From Eledone cirrhosa (Eukaryota), in NCBI GenBank assembly GCA_964016885.1, contig OZ024740.1, positions 131,874,001-131,938,000 of the forward strand: a stretch of DNA of 64,000 nt, read 5' to 3'. Positions 27,490 through 41,756 of this stretch are shown one piece after another. The translations under genes were made by a program, and so were the position numbers. The notes beneath the pieces were generated by a model. The model saw nothing but the letters and a program-made list of their open reading frames with translations, was not told the origin of the DNA and did not search any database. Numbering within the stretch: position 1 is the stretch's first letter; each line of letters begins with the position of its first letter.

Positions 27490-28223
27490 TAATCTCATAT
27501 AAGGCCAGGTTTTCCGTTTGATTTAACAAGAAAGTTAAGTTAAAGCTACATTGAATAGTTAAATGAATCATTTCATTGCTATTACCAATGTTTGTGTCTT
27601 CGAAGTTTGTGGAGGTAGTTAATCTAAACATCAATTTTATACACTACTCTGTTTCAAATAATTAGGCATTACTATTATCACATGGAAAATTAGACATTCT
27701 GAAATTACTTGTCTATTGGCAGCATTCGGAATATTATGTGTAAATGCCAGAGGCTGTTTTCACAAATATATTTGGGGATTGTTTTGGAATAGTACTAGAT
27801 TCATCAATATTAGTGTGTAAATACTGCTTGATTATTATATTCTAGTCTAGAATTCATCCAGGAAATGCTATGTAACTTAAATTGAGAAGGTTTATTCAAG
27901 TGATGCAACCGGCAACCATTTGAAAGTTGAGCATAAATAATTTCTCGGATTTATACGAGCATTTTCTTGCATTAAGAAGATTATGAAATAAATTTTTTCT
28001 CAAAAGATGTTCACTACCATTTCATACTTTGTGCACTTTGCTTTAAATATATGAATGCAAGTTAATATTAATAAAACTCATTAAAATTATAATTGATGCG
28101 TGATAGTGATAATGCATTTACAAAATTTAATGAACCACGTGTAAATCATTTCCTATATGACCGAAATCCAAAATACATTTATATATGTTAAACAATTACG
28201 GAATATTCACAAGATATCAAATT

Positions 28224-28224
<1 letters not shown>

Positions 28225-28283
<59 letters not shown>

Positions 28284-28301
28284 CATATATATATATATAT
28301 A
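28225..28301. repeat. (CA)n(TA)n compound microsatellite
   Basis: Direct reading. Confidence 0.95.
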
Positions 28302-30352
28302 TAATTATCAACATTAAAACCTGATAAAATAGACTAATGCTTATCATATCAAATAAATAGCCATCTTTCGAACAGAGCAATTTGAATTTAAACATTAAAA
28401 CAGACGAAATTCAACATTTAGAGGAATTGCACATTTTGAATGTTGCAAGTTAAAATTGGTATGCCATAAATTGGCTGGCGTGGGAATTATTTGACGAGAA
28501 TAAAGTTATCATTGTTATAGATTTAAATAGAACACGCCGAAACAAAATTAAGAGAGTATTTGAATGTTATAGTGAAATTCAATAACTATTAAAAAAGAAA
28601 AACGAGAACTACTTGCTATTGAATGCGTTTAAAATATTGTCTTTCATATTTTCCAGAAAATGTAGATTTCTGAAGCCATTTTAACTTGGGATAATGTCAT
28701 TGAAAATATAATATTAAATTATACATCAGAGGAAAAGGAAGAAAAGAACTTGTAATGAACCACAATAGAAGTCTGCAGATAAATAATGAACAATAAGATA
28801 CGGTGTCTATATGGGAAAATATAACGTTTGATATTAATGAACGATTGGTGTGTTTTGCTGCATAAAACTGTATTATGTTGTAAATAATTTGATAATAATA
28901 AAACAGCAGTATGGAAACGACGGGGTTGGACAAATTTTTGATTTATCTTTATAAACTGAAAAATAAATTAAACAATAACATAATATTTTATTGTTCACTG
29001 TCACTTTAGAATTGCATAAGGCTATGTGAATAAGTAATAATCGTATCCAATGGTGCCCAATGAAACACAATATAACACAATGATTTTGTGACTAGTATAG
29101 ACATATTTTTACACACATGCACCAGGTAAAGATTGCAAATAACACGTGTTACCAACACATAACTAATAACAAATTAGCAATTGGTATGGAAAGATATGCA
29201 TTCGCTAATAGTAAATTCATATTATATGAAATACATGGATCATGTTTTTCTGTGAAGCGTTTAAAATGGAATTTCTGAAAATAAAATAGGTGCTTCTTCT
29301 CTACTGGCTCCTCTCCACCTCTCACACTTATACGTCTTTACCTTATTACCTCTAACATTTGAAATAAACTATTAACATGACATACGTTATAGCCCGTGTT
29401 TCAACTTACGAAAAGGGTTTGTCTTCCATTTTCATTTCTCCGCTTTTCACTCGTTCAACATATGCGTCTCGTACAGACAAACGGAGAAACATATTTTATT
29501 TTATGATATCAATTAGTAATTCGTAATATCCCTGTTAATTTTAGTTGTTTTTTATTATTTATAATTGTACAAAACATTTTCAACTTTTAAAATAATCAGA
29601 GTGTATCTATGTATAACGTAATTAGTAATAGATTGGTGATTAGTTGATATGCTTTGTTCAAACAAGCATGGGACAAAAGTCACAAAGTTTATGGTACGTA
29701 GCCGTAGTCAATGGAATAATTATTTATTCATTCACGTGCAGTACATTGCAGTACAATTGCTAAAGTAAATACTTAACGTAGTGGCGAAAATTAAGATCAA
29801 TTAATAATTCCACTAAATAGAATATGTGCTACTATATTTTAGTCATGATATATACAGAAGCTATATGATTATACTTCCTACTGATTAAACACTCATATTC
29901 AAATCTATGAATTAGATATAATTCATTCTCACAATAAGCTTAGATTATCATACTTTCATTAGGGTACACTTCACCTTTATATATTAATCAATTATTCTAA
30001 TTTTCTGACACAAAGAAATGCATTTCTGAAAAATTGAAGTATTTTATTTCTTAATATGAATGATGTCGAGCGCATAAACGATAACATCTCTCAATGTCTA
30101 TTTCTTACGTATCTAGGAGAAACAATTCCAATTCCATAATTTTCAAAAGCAGTAATCATTAAATTGTAAGAATGTCTTCCCTCGGCAGACAGACACACAC
30201 ACAAAACCACACTTATGCAATCCTCATACCCTTCAACCTGGCCCCTCAGGTCGGATCTTTCACCCACCTCTCCCAATCACTTTTTTGGGGAATTTCCTTC
30301 TCTAACATTCTCACACTACTCTTACGTCTATCTGTTCTCTCTTTATCCTAAC

Positions 30353-30388
30353 TTTCCGGAAGAAGGACTTCTGTCCGAAACGTGGAAA
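30353..30388 (+). ncRNA. Degenerate minimal hammerhead, probably an old PLE 3' remnant
   Basis: TTTC-CGGAAGA-A-GGAC-TTCT-GTCC-GAAA-CG-TG-GAAA; U4G change and a non-cleavable UG site; followed by TA-rich repeats. Confidence 0.5.
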
Positions 30389-31095
30389 ATTATCCAAGCA
30401 TGGACCTAATGTGTATATATTTATATAAATTCATATTTATATATATACATGTATTTATTTATATTACACATGCATATATATATATATATATATATATATG
30501 TAAATTAAAAGGATGACATAACAAATCAAGTCATTAGAAATATACTTCCCTGATTTACGATCGTTTCTAGGTGATGATAATACATCGTAATTATACTTTG
30601 TTATCGATCTATGTAAGGTTAGTTACAAAATATCAGATGAGGAAAATATTTACTTACATGCATATCACCAGCTGTTGTCAAAAGCAATAATAATTTTATT
30701 CAAAATTAGTAGTAAATTAGTAGTAAGTTGTAAACTATTCCCTTATTTGGAGGTAGCTGAAGTACAAACAATCAGATTGCTTTTTCCATATTATGTTCAG
30801 ATGAAAAATAATTCACTTTAGTTGAGGTCATGACCCTTTGAAAGGAATGGTTGAATGGTGTTAACAATAGAATTACTATAAAAAATCTATTAGCAAGTAG
30901 GGGATTGTCAAATTGATAGTTGAATTTATATGGTATAGTGAAGTTTAAAAGGAATGTAAACATTAAATGTTGAGTTGTGTTGTATGGAGTTTTTAGGTGA
31001 ATATAAATTAAGGTCATGACAAGGAAAGATATTATATTAAAATATGAAAATTATAATAAGATAATGAAATACAGTAATACAATATTATAATATAA

Positions 31096-31388
31096 TTCTT
31101 TCTACTTTTGGCACAAGGCCAGTAATCAAATCAGTGTATTACTGGTACTTTATTTTATCGACCCCGCAAGGATGAAAGGCAAAGTTAACCTCGGCGGGAT
31201 TTGAACTCAGTCCGTAAAGGGACGTAACTGTGCTGTAAAGCATGGTGTTCGACCCTCTACCGATACGGACATTGCACCAAATAATATAATTGTTTCTACT
31301 TTAGGCACAAGGCCAGCAATTACTCAGTACATTACTGGTACTTTATTTTATCGACCCCGTAAGGATGAAAGGCAAAGTCAATCTCGGC
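31096..31388 (-). mobile_element. Two adjacent SINE copies (~31096-31280 near full length, ~31289-31388 partial)
   Basis: TTTCTACTTT.GGCACAAGGCCAG...GGATGAAAGGCAAAGT occurs twice. Confidence 0.85.
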
Positions 31389-31681
31389 TATAATATAATG
31401 TAACACAATATAGTACGGTGTAGTAAATTGTACTTATTATAATACAGCGTATGATATGCCTTAAAATACTTTCAAGTATGTCCATGTATAAATAATCAAA
31501 CTCAGATAAATACATGTTGACATAGTCAAAACGCATACATTTAATAGATCACAAAGTGTATATACCCACATTATAGATAGAGGTATAGTTATATTGATAC
31601 TCAATTAAAAATATACCTACGCATAAATAGATGCAAACATATACATATATCTACACATGTGCACACAATCACACACACATA

Positions 31682-31745
<64 letters not shown>

Positions 31746-31822
31746 CATATAAACACCTATACACATATATATGTGTGTACACACACATACATGTACACAC
31801 ACATAATCACTCATACGCATAT

Positions 31823-31856
<34 letters not shown>

Positions 31857-31857
<1 letters not shown>

Positions 31858-32200
31858 GTAATAATAATAAATTTGAAGACTAAAATCCAAAGAGGACTCG
31901 ATAAGGATAAATATATATCAAATATATTAGAAGCGTAAAGCAAATATTTATTAAAATAATAGATTAAAGTTTAAGCAAAGAATCGCTGCTTTCACCCTTA
32001 ACGGGATCTTCTGAAACTAACAAAGTCAATCTGTGAACGCAGAAGTGAATATTTCAAAAAACCTTGTTCATAGAGACGTTCTCTGGCAATGAACGAAAAA
32101 CACGAAGATAATACGTCATATGTGGAGCGTGGAGAACAATTGCACGCAAAGACAAAACCACGTAAATGGTATATACTGAAGTCGTAGTCTAACATTCTAA
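31857..32200 (-). mobile_element. CAGAAGA-hammerhead family element
   Basis: Reverse complement matches 44479-44897; HHR fold at 31959-32034; ends in (TA)n. Confidence 0.8.
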
Positions 32201-32950
32201 CTAGGAAACCGAATGATTCTCGGCTTCAGAGTAATTGAAATTAAATAAATCCATACACGCATCCATATATTGCACACACAAGCATACGCGGAAACACTCG
32301 CCATAGATATACAAATACACGCACATATAAATATGTGTGTGTGTGTGCATGTATACAAATAATTAAATAAACAATATAAATAAATAAATACGTATATAAC
32401 AAGCGCACACACATACATGTAAATACACATATGTTCGGAGACGTACGTCAACCGAAACACGAAGTACACATATACACACACCACCCTACATACGTACGAA
32501 CCCGCATACTCACACAGACGCAAAACTCACGTATACACATAACCAAACGCATATGTACCAGAATATATAAAATATACGCCATAACATATACAGTCAAATA
32601 TACGTACGAGAAAGTATACGTACCTTCACAAAACATACAAGTAATATATACTTAGCTATGGTATAAACATAACATGTCCTTAGCTACCACCTCAAGACGT
32701 AAAATATCCGCGTATAGGTCGTTCTCTCCGTTAGGGTATAATGTGGGGCTGTAATACAGGAAAGCTTTGTGTAATTTATGTTTACAAGCCGAAATTGCCT
32801 CAGATTTGTCTGTGTAAGATGTGGTCTGTGGCGTAGAGTATTTCCAGAACCTCAGCGGCGCAGAGGTCACATGGTCTTTTATTTCCGTTTATACGATCTA
32901 GCCCGAGCTAGGATCTCCCAGTGTAAATTATATTGGGTGTGGTTGTCTTT

Positions 32951-33146
32951 TAGGAAAAAGTAAGACCCCGGTGGCAGAGCTCAAGTCGTTTCGACGTTTA
33001 TTTCTGGACTCAGAAATAGCCATCGAAACGGCTCTAATTCTGTCGTCGGGGTCATACATTTTTCCTATTTCCCACTCTACTACACTAAGTATTGAGTAAT
33101 CTGGTGCGTTATGGTCCATCTGGTTCCTTACCACAATTCCTTTGTT
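32951..33146 (+). repeat. Hairpin-headed ~195-bp dispersed element ending in (TA)n
   Basis: ~55-bp-arm palindrome at 32951-33064 plus tail; paralogs at 46348-46545 and, tail only and inverted, at ~35003-35095. Strand assignment is arbitrary. Confidence 0.8.
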
Positions 33147-33167
33147 ATATATATATATATAAATATA

Positions 33168-33259
<92 letters not shown>

Positions 33260-33264
<5 letters not shown>

Positions 33265-33378
33265 TAAAATAACAGATTAAAGTTTAAAACAAAGAATCGC
33301 TGCTTTCACCCTTAACGGGATCTTCAAATGTATTCGAGCCCTCTTTGCATTTTAGTCTTCAAATGTATTATTATTGCT
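33260..33378. mobile_element. Rearranged fragment of the CAGAAGA-hammerhead family
   Basis: Inverted HHR 3' half joined to the forward family tail (TCGAG.CCTCTTTGCATTTTAGTCTTCAAATG); (TA)n on both sides. Confidence 0.7.
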
Positions 33379-33490
33379 ATATATATATATATATATATAT
33401 ATTACACATACACACACAAACTCATTAACAATAAACACACACACACATGCGTATATATATATATAGAGAGAGAAATATAAGGGGGTGGAC

Positions 33491-33699
<209 letters not shown>

Positions 33700-33885
33700 A
33701 CAAGTGTTAGAGATGGTTGAATATGTAATTTCATTTAAAATTCAAATGAAATTGTGTTTCTGAATATTGGTTTAGCGTAACTGAAAAATAATTGAAGGTA
33801 ATACTTCAAATGATGAGAAATATGTTTGTTCTTTACAAGAAAGCATAATCACCTGATGTTTATAATAGGAATTGTATTTATAATA

Positions 33886-33986
33886 TTTGTTTCTACTTTA
33901 GGCACAAGGACAGCAATTAACCAGTGCATTACTGGTACTTTATTTTATTGACCCCGTAAGGAAGAAAGGCAAAGTCAACCTCGGCG
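33886..33986 (-). mobile_element. SINE, partial
   Basis: Same core and tail as the other SINE copies. Confidence 0.8.
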
Positions 33987-34943
33987 ACAGTTTCATAATT
34001 GATTTTGGCAGAGTTATTCATTCTGTTTTACTGGAGAAGGCGAAAAGGCCATAATTTCCCTTATACATGATGTTGGTAGATTCTAATCAAATTATCTTAA
34101 ACAAGGACTGATCCAGACGTTGTTTATCATCAATAAAATCCAGTGTTTGAAATTCCTTCTGAAAAAAATATTTATTTACTAAAATTGAAAACCATTGCTT
34201 AGATGTACAAAGTGTTCAGAAAGTGCTTTGCTAATTTATAACGGAACTTAAATTTTGAATTCTCTCACATTTAAATACAGAATTTAATACTTTTAGCTAA
34301 TTTCAAATTGTTATGAATAATGGATGGAATAATTCATGTCTTACCTCGAAATATTAGTTCACGCAAATGTATTTCTTAATAGAGTTGCATTCACTACTGA
34401 TAATGCAACTAACCAATCTATCTCATGCATACAAATCCTTTAGCTGATTCCCTGCTGCCTTCTGAGACGTTAGACGTTGTTGTTTTTACATCTCCATGCA
34501 GCTTTAGAAATGTAAAAAGACGAGTTAGTCACAGGTGGAATGTTTTCGATAGTAGTTCTGTTTCGTCATGGGTAATCTCAGGTTAAACAACAGTATATAT
34601 TTATTGAAACTCTTTGAAATACGACATATGTGAATATTTGTTAAATGGGTTTGAGAGAATGCAATTTAATCAGAGATTTCAGAGTTTGGTGTTACATAAA
34701 TTTGCCTCAGATATGCACATTCTGCAATCAGCATTGATATATGTCTACTCCCTATAGCTTACTAATATACTAATGTGATTGTTTGAAAACACTTAGTTTG
34801 ATGTGTGCATTTCGGAATGATATATATAATATGAAATAATAATTTTAGTGATGAACAAACTCCGCAAATTCTGTTTAATTATTACTAGTTCCAATATTTC
34901 TATTGCAGTTATCTTCTAGGACAACTGTTTACATCATTTTTCC

Positions 34944-35006
<63 letters not shown>

Positions 35007-35138
35007 ACGATGGAGGTGTGGTAAGGAACCAGATGGACCATAACGTACCAGGGTGCTCAATACTTACGGTAGTAGAGTGGGTAATAGGAAAATGTTTAAA
35101 TATATATATGCTTGTGCGTGCGTGTGTATATCTATCTA

Positions 35139-35203
<65 letters not shown>

Positions 35204-35330
35204 AAAATTATATTTAAATTGTTGGGTTACAACTAGTAAATATTTATAACTGATATAAAAGCTCTCAACAAGTATTTGGAGTATATTTACGATATTAAAT
35301 AAATGGAAACTATATTTATAAAACCATATT

Positions 35331-35396
35331 TATTTCATTATATATATTTCAGGGATATCATATTAACAATATGTTATGCCTTCTTCAGACAAAATA
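35331..35396 (-). ncRNA. Type I hammerhead in the inverted pseudo-LTR of PLE family 2
   Basis: Minus strand reads TATTTTGT-CTGAAGA-AGG...CCT-GAAA-TATATA-TA-ATGAAATA; intact core. Confidence 0.8.
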
Positions 35397-38300
35397 CAAT
35401 ATAGACAGTTTTATAAATAAATAGATTTGACATACCGTTCAACATCGACTTGTATTTGTAAATATACTCCAAATACTTGTTGAGTGCTTTTATATCAGTT
35501 ATAAATATTTACTAGTTGTAACCCAACAATTTAAATATAATTTTCCATGTATCTTGCTCCAATACTGTTGAGCGCTTTATATTATAACTGAAAAAAATGG
35601 AATTCTTTAAGATTACTTCCTCTTTAAAAGACATACCTCTACAAAGACTTTATAAAACAATTAATAGATAAATCTGACTCTTTCATAAGGAGAATCAGGT
35701 GGCGAGCATTCCACTTTGATAAATCTAATATAAATGAAAATGTCTCGGACTTAAACAAAGTTTTCAAATCTAAAAGAAATCCACCCTCTAACAAACTTTT
35801 ATCTGACTTTGAAAACGATATAATTTCTATCATACAAGGAGTCAAATTCAAGAGAAACTTCAAAGGCCAGGAATATCTGAAATGCATTAAAGATAATATT
35901 GAGAGCTTAGAGAAAACTGAGAAGATCTTGGTGAAATCTGACAAGACCAACAACCTCTATGGAGTGCAGAAAGATATGTATAATGGCCTCATACTGAAAG
36001 AACTGAGGAAAAAGTACAAGGTAGCAGATAAGGCCGAGCTTGAGAAAATGAATGTTGAAGCATCTTGTATAATGCACGAGTTGGAAATTGAGAACAGAAC
36101 ACAACCTTTCGTGCCCAGGAAACCGAAGATCAATATGAAAGATCACAAAAGGAATTTTGAAAATGACTTGCCAGTTAGATTGATCGCACCATCAAAATCG
36201 GACCTGGGTAAATTAAGCAAAAACATTCTTGACAGGGTGATACAGCAAATTAAAAACTTGGATTGTTTACCTAACCTGAGCTTGTGGAAGGGAACTGGAG
36301 AGGTTGTTTAGTGGTTTAAGCAAATTAAATATAACAATAATAATAAGTTTATTCAACTTGATATTGCTAACTATTATTCTTCTATTACCCCTAATCTACT
36401 AAATAAGGCACTAAATTACGCATTCAAACATACAGACCTAACTAGCAATGAAATGCACATTATATTATCGGCTAGGAAAACCTTGATAGAATTTAATGAC
36501 CAACTATGGACCAGAGCAGATATAGATAGCAATTTTGACATTACTATGGGATCATCCGACTCAGCTCAGGTAACTGACCTTGTGGGCTTATTTTTAATCA
36601 ATTCGCTGCATAGGAAATTACCTGGTACTACCGGAGGTTTATATAGAGATGACATGCTTTTACTTATTGATAATAATAACTCTGAACTAAATAGAAAAAG
36701 AAAACAAAATACACAATTTTTTAATTACTTTAATCTAAAAATAGAAATTGAGAATAACCATAGAATAGTCAATTTCCTAGATATAACATTAAATCTCAAC
36801 ACATCTCTTCACTATCCATTTCACAAGTTGAATGAAAACTTAAACTATGTCAGCTTTAACTCTAACCACCCCAGATCTGTTAAAAATACTATAGTAAACT
36901 CTGTTCAAAAACGTATCTCTAGAATCTCGTCTAATAGAAAGATTTTCGACGAAAAAGCCCAGTACTACAATGAAGCGTTAGCTAGAGCAGGATATATTGA
37001 TAAAGTTATGTACATAGATAATGATAGACAAACTAAACAAAATAACAACTATTTGAATTACGGCCACAACCTTAACAACTATAATAGAAAGCATTACAAT
37101 AATTCCAAAAGCCAAAACAGAAATAGAACTAGGAACATAATATGGTTTGCCCCCCTTTCTCACTAAACATTAAAACCCACATCGCTAAACTATTTTTTAA
37201 AGCTCTTGATAATCGCTTCCCTAGAACACATAGGTATCACTCAATTTTCAATAGACACACTATAAAATTAAACTAATCATCCACCAAAAATTTAGCACAA
37301 AATATTAATAGAATAAATAATAGGAACTTAAAACCTAGCGATAATAGCATAAATAATATACAAGTTAACAAATGTAACTGTAGAGATAGATCTAAATGTC
37401 CGTTAAATAACAACTGCTTAGTTAAAAATATAATATACAACTGTAAGGTTAAAACGGACTCTAATTCTTTTAACTACGTTGGTTCCACATCGACGGAATT
37501 TAAACTTCGCTATAATAACCACAAGAATTCTTTCACTGATCCAAGGAAAAGATCTTCAACAGCACTATCAGGCGTACTCTGGCAACTTAGGCAAGATAAC
37601 GTTAGATATTCGACGGCTTGGAATATAGTCTCAAGAGGGATTCCTTTTAATTCATCCTCTGAGACATGTGACCTCTGCGCGGAGGAGATATTCTTTATAC
37701 TAAAATCTAAAAATTACCTTAATCTACGGACAAATTTATTCAGTTGCTGCAAACATAGATTAAACTCAACTTTTAAATATAATTTAAATTTAAAATGTAG
37801 TATATTTAGTTTGATTTGTAATTATTTATGAAACTAGCCGATAAATCTTTCGATTTCTTCTTTTTATTCTTCTTTTTATTTTTATTTTAAACATTCTTCA
37901 TGAAAAATTAAACTACCCTAAAAGTTGATGCTCCAAATATATCGAATAAATGTTACACTAGATAAACTTCTATATTAAATATAAGAACATATGTAGACCA
38001 AATGGGTATCCTAAACTTTTGAAATGATTTCTGCTAGACGTGATTTGGTAAATAATTTTTAGTTTTATCTGTTTTCGACTCTGATGCTTATAATGAACTT
38101 GGCAATATATTGTCAATTAATTTTGAAGGGTTGATCTTTGTGGTCGATGTGCGTGGCATACTATGTTTTTATTTTTATTATTTTAATATTTTTGAATATT
38201 TTTAATATTTTTATTTTTAATATGTAATATCTTTTAGTTTTCTGTTTTATTTATTTATTATTATTTTTTGTTTTTGTTTCTGATATTTTTATTAATATAT

Positions 38301-39099
38301 TGAAATCTGTTCTCTATTTCTGCTTGATAGATAATCATGTAGAGTAAAGACAAGAATAGTATTGTTAAAATTAATATAGACTCTATATATATGTGTATAT
38401 ATACACATATATGTATACTTAAATTTGTATAGCACAATGAGAATGTTCTCCGGGTGAAATAGGAGTTTGCAGAGTTGATCACGTAAATTCACATCGATGT
38501 TTGTAGTTATCATATAAACATATGAATGTTTAAAACTAGACATAAGATCATTACTTTTCACACATTATAGATACGTGTCTCATTCACGAATACTGTTATT
38601 TACATTATAGTGCCTGTTTTTTATACGAACTAATATTTCTACATTGAAACATAGGTTTTTAAATTCTGCCTCGCCTATGTCTGGTTACTTTTCATTTTTT
38701 TTTATATATATATAACGGCTGGTTTCTCTCCTAACCACATATATCTCCCTTACATTAATACTAGAGCTAAATAAATAAATAAATAAATAAATGTATCATC
38801 CATACGTCATTCAACGGATGTTCAACTACCTACTTTTCTCTATATATATCTATCTCTATCTATTTCCTCTCTCTATATATCTCTCTCTGTTTCTTTACAT
38901 GAAGTTCTTCTCTTTATCTATCTTTCCATCCCTCTATTTAGTTGCATGCATTTCTTCTTTTTCTTCGTTTTCTTTCTTTCTTTCCTTCTTTCTTTCTTTC
39001 TTTCTGTTTACAATTTTTCACTGCCAAATCAACTTTTCAAATACAAGTCGATGTTGAACGGTATGTCAAATCTATTTATTTATAAAACTGTCTATATTG

Positions 39100-39165
39100 T
39101 ATTTTGTCTGAAGAAGGCATAACATATTGTTAATATGATATCCTTGAAATATATATAATGAAATA
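39100..39165 (+). ncRNA. Type I hammerhead in the 3' pseudo-LTR of PLE family 2
   Basis: TATTTTGT-CTGAAGA-AGG...CTT-GAAA-TATATA-TA-ATGAAATA; 8-bp stem I with two G-U pairs. Confidence 0.8.
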
Positions 39166-39205
39166 AATATGGTTTTATAAATATAGTTTCCATTTATTTA
39201 ATATC

Positions 39206-39273
<68 letters not shown>

Positions 39274-39459
39274 ACAGGGAGAAAGAAACGATTATTTAAA
39301 AATATATATTTTTCTTCCTACTAATCGTCTCTTTCTCCCTGTTTTGATATATATATATACACACACACCACCTTCACCACTAATTGATTTGACAGATGCC
39401 TTTCACCCATTGATACCAAATATCATTTGGTCAGTACTTCGTGTGTAATTTTACAAATA

Positions 39460-39835
39460 CTAGCTGACGTACCCAGCTTCTCCCGGGTAAACAGATGATA
39501 AAAGAAGACAGGTAAAAGAGAAGATAGGTAAAAGAGAAAATGACTGTATTGGATGTTTGTCTGGTTACAGTATGAGGCGAGTCCGTGTTGTCTGTGTGAT
39601 CCAGAAAACGGTAAAAAAAAATGTTTCAGATATACCAGATTCTTCGTTGTACCGTTTGTGCTTAGTATATGAACAATTATAGGCGCTCCCACCTAGAATA
39701 GTGACCTCTAGAAGAGGGTTAATCTTCTGCCTGACTGTAAAACGTGTATCATTGCATAGACGTGGTTGTTCAACGTTTCACAAAAGGGTGATGGAAGTTC
39801 CAATCGTTTATATTATATGTAGATATAGATATAGA
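39460..39835 (-). mobile_element. Non-autonomous Helitron
   Basis: Minus strand starts A|TCTATATC and ends CCCGGGAGAAGCTGGGTACGTCAG-CTAG|T: 5' TC, GC-rich subterminal hairpin, 3' CTAG, inserted in AT, no TSD. Confidence 0.65.
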
Positions 39836-39850
39836 TAATTAATATAAAAG

Positions 39851-40096
39851 ATGATGGTCAGCCAGTTCGTCTTCAACCATCGCAGCACGCCGTCGCTGCT
39901 TGGCTCCAGTGTTTCCATGGCGTTGTTCAGCCAGCTCCTCTTCATTCATGGCGGCACGTCTTCGCCTCTGAAGTTCGGCGTTCCGATGGCGATGTTCGAA
40001 CCGTTTTTCTTCATTCCTGGCTGCACGCCGTCGCCGCTGTAGTTCACTGTTTGATAAAGTCGAATTACTTTTATTATCAGTATTCATTTCGGGCAA
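39851..40096 (-). pseudogene. Fragment with 23-aa Arg/Glu repeats (STPR-like), as in Helitron Rep-helicase N-termini
   Basis: ELQRRRRAARNEEKRFEHRHRNA / ELQRRRRAAMNEEELAEQRHGNT / GAKQRRRAAMVEDELADHH; 69-bp period; adjacent to the Helitron. Confidence 0.5.
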
Positions 40097-40595
40097 ATGT
40101 CAAACATTGACACAATAATAAATATAAAAGTTGTCCGTCAATGTAAAAAAAAAGGTCCCTATTTACTCCCTTCACAACTCTGTGTATGTTAGACTGCCAG
40201 ACAGGCAACAGACAGATAAACGGCGTGGCGATTGTGGTACGCCCCCCGTACACACACATACACGCGTGGAAACGCGCACACGCAAGCAAGATTACATACG
40301 CACCCGTGCACTTACACACACGCACTCACACATGTTGATAGTTTTTACTTTCTCTGGAACGCTGCACGCAGGCACACACACATAAAGATATGGGCACGTA
40401 CATACACACGCAGTTATTGTAATAGTTACAGCGTTCAATTTGCCTCTCTGTTTCTTACTCTCCCCTCGCATTCCATCATTGGCATTATGCGTATTAATTT
40501 AAGTCTGGCGTCGTTTAAGTCGGCAGAGTCGTTTGAAACCTATGAAAAAATGATAATTGAGAATTATGACTCACGGAATACTGACGTTGTTGAAA

Positions 40596-40653
<58 letters not shown>

Positions 40654-40994
40654 TGTATACGTACATACATATATGAATATAGACGTACAATAGTATGTAT
40701 ATATATATGCATACATGCACACGCATATATATGTACGTATGGATTCACGGAACATTTATTGTAATGCTCGGAGTGTTTGTAAACAAACATCCCGAATTAA
40801 GCCGTACAGTGTCTAGCAACCATCGTTGCTCATTTGTTCAACACTGACAAAGGAACCCTTAACCAGTTTCAAGCTTATTAGCTATGGTCAGCAACATATA
40901 CCTTCATGCCAGATGATAACACTCGATATGAAAATTAGGCTACTCAACCGTTAATATGCATAAGGAAATTATATACTTTCAGATGTTCAAGCAT

Positions 40995-41063
40995 CTGGCA
41001 GGAAGGTATACGTTGCCGACGATAGCTAATAAGCTTGAAACTAGTACAGCGTTCCTTTGTCAG
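40995..41063 (+). ncRNA. Hammerhead in retrozyme unit 1 (U4C variant)
   Basis: ACGTTG-CCGACGA-TAGCTAATAAGCTT-GAAA-CTAG-TA-CAGCGT with extended stem I. Confidence 0.75.
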
Positions 41064-41430
41064 TGTTGAACAAATGAACAACGATGGTTGCTAGAAAATG
41101 TACGGCTTAATTCTGGATGGTTGTTTACAAACACACCGAGCATTATAATAAATGTTCGGTGAATCCATACGTACATATATATATATGTGTGCATGTATGT
41201 ATATATATATATACATACTACTGTACGTCTGTATACATATATGTATGTACGTATCCATACTTATATTTAAAAAACAGCCGTACTAAGTGTGAGAAATGAA
41301 ATTTCGTTTCGTTTTTTTTTCCGTTTATCGTTTTCGGGAACCCGGCCGATTAACTCACTCGATATGCAAATTAGGCTCCTCAGCCGTTAATATGCATAAG
41401 GAAAGTATATACTTTCAGACGTTCAATCAT

Positions 41431-41499
41431 CTGGCAAGAAGGTATACGTTGCTGACGATAGCTAATAAGCTTGAAACTAGTACAGCGTTCCTTTGTCAG
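41431..41499 (+). ncRNA. Intact type I hammerhead in retrozyme unit 2
   Basis: ACGTTG-CTGACGA-T-AGCT-AATA-AGCT-T-GAAA-CTAG-TA-CAGCGT; stem I extends through AAGG/CCTT and CTGGCA/TGTCAG. Confidence 0.88.
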
Positions 41500-41756
41500 T
41501 GTTGAACAAATGAGCAACGATGATTACTAGACACTGTACGGCTTAATTGGGGATGTTTGTTTAAAAACACACCGAGCATTATAATAAATGTTCGGTGAAT
41601 CCATTCGTACATATATATATGTGTGCATGTATGTATATATATATACATACTACTGTACGTATGTATATATATATATGTATGCACGTACACATACTTATAT
41701 TTAAGTAACGGCCCTACTAAGAGTGAGAAATGAAATTTCGTTTCATTTTTTCCGTT

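Larger units (their letters stand above)
35201..39208 (+). mobile_element. Penelope-like element family 2, full length, decayed, with inverted 5' pseudo-LTR
   Basis: Broken ORF from ATG 35597 to ~37790 (SLKDIP, RIRWRAF, KDHKRNF, RLIAPSKSDLG, FDITMGSSDSAQ, GLYRDD, NFLDITLNL, NIIWF, CNCRDRSKCPLNNNCL, YVG, CDLC). ~35288-35457 is the reverse complement of 39039-39208, and ~35201-35290 of ~35458-35547. (TA)n on both sides. Confidence 0.9.

Noticed and set aside
34560-34720. Possible hAT dimerisation-domain remnant
   Set aside because: The resemblance to the TY.CE.GFS motif is too degraded to support.
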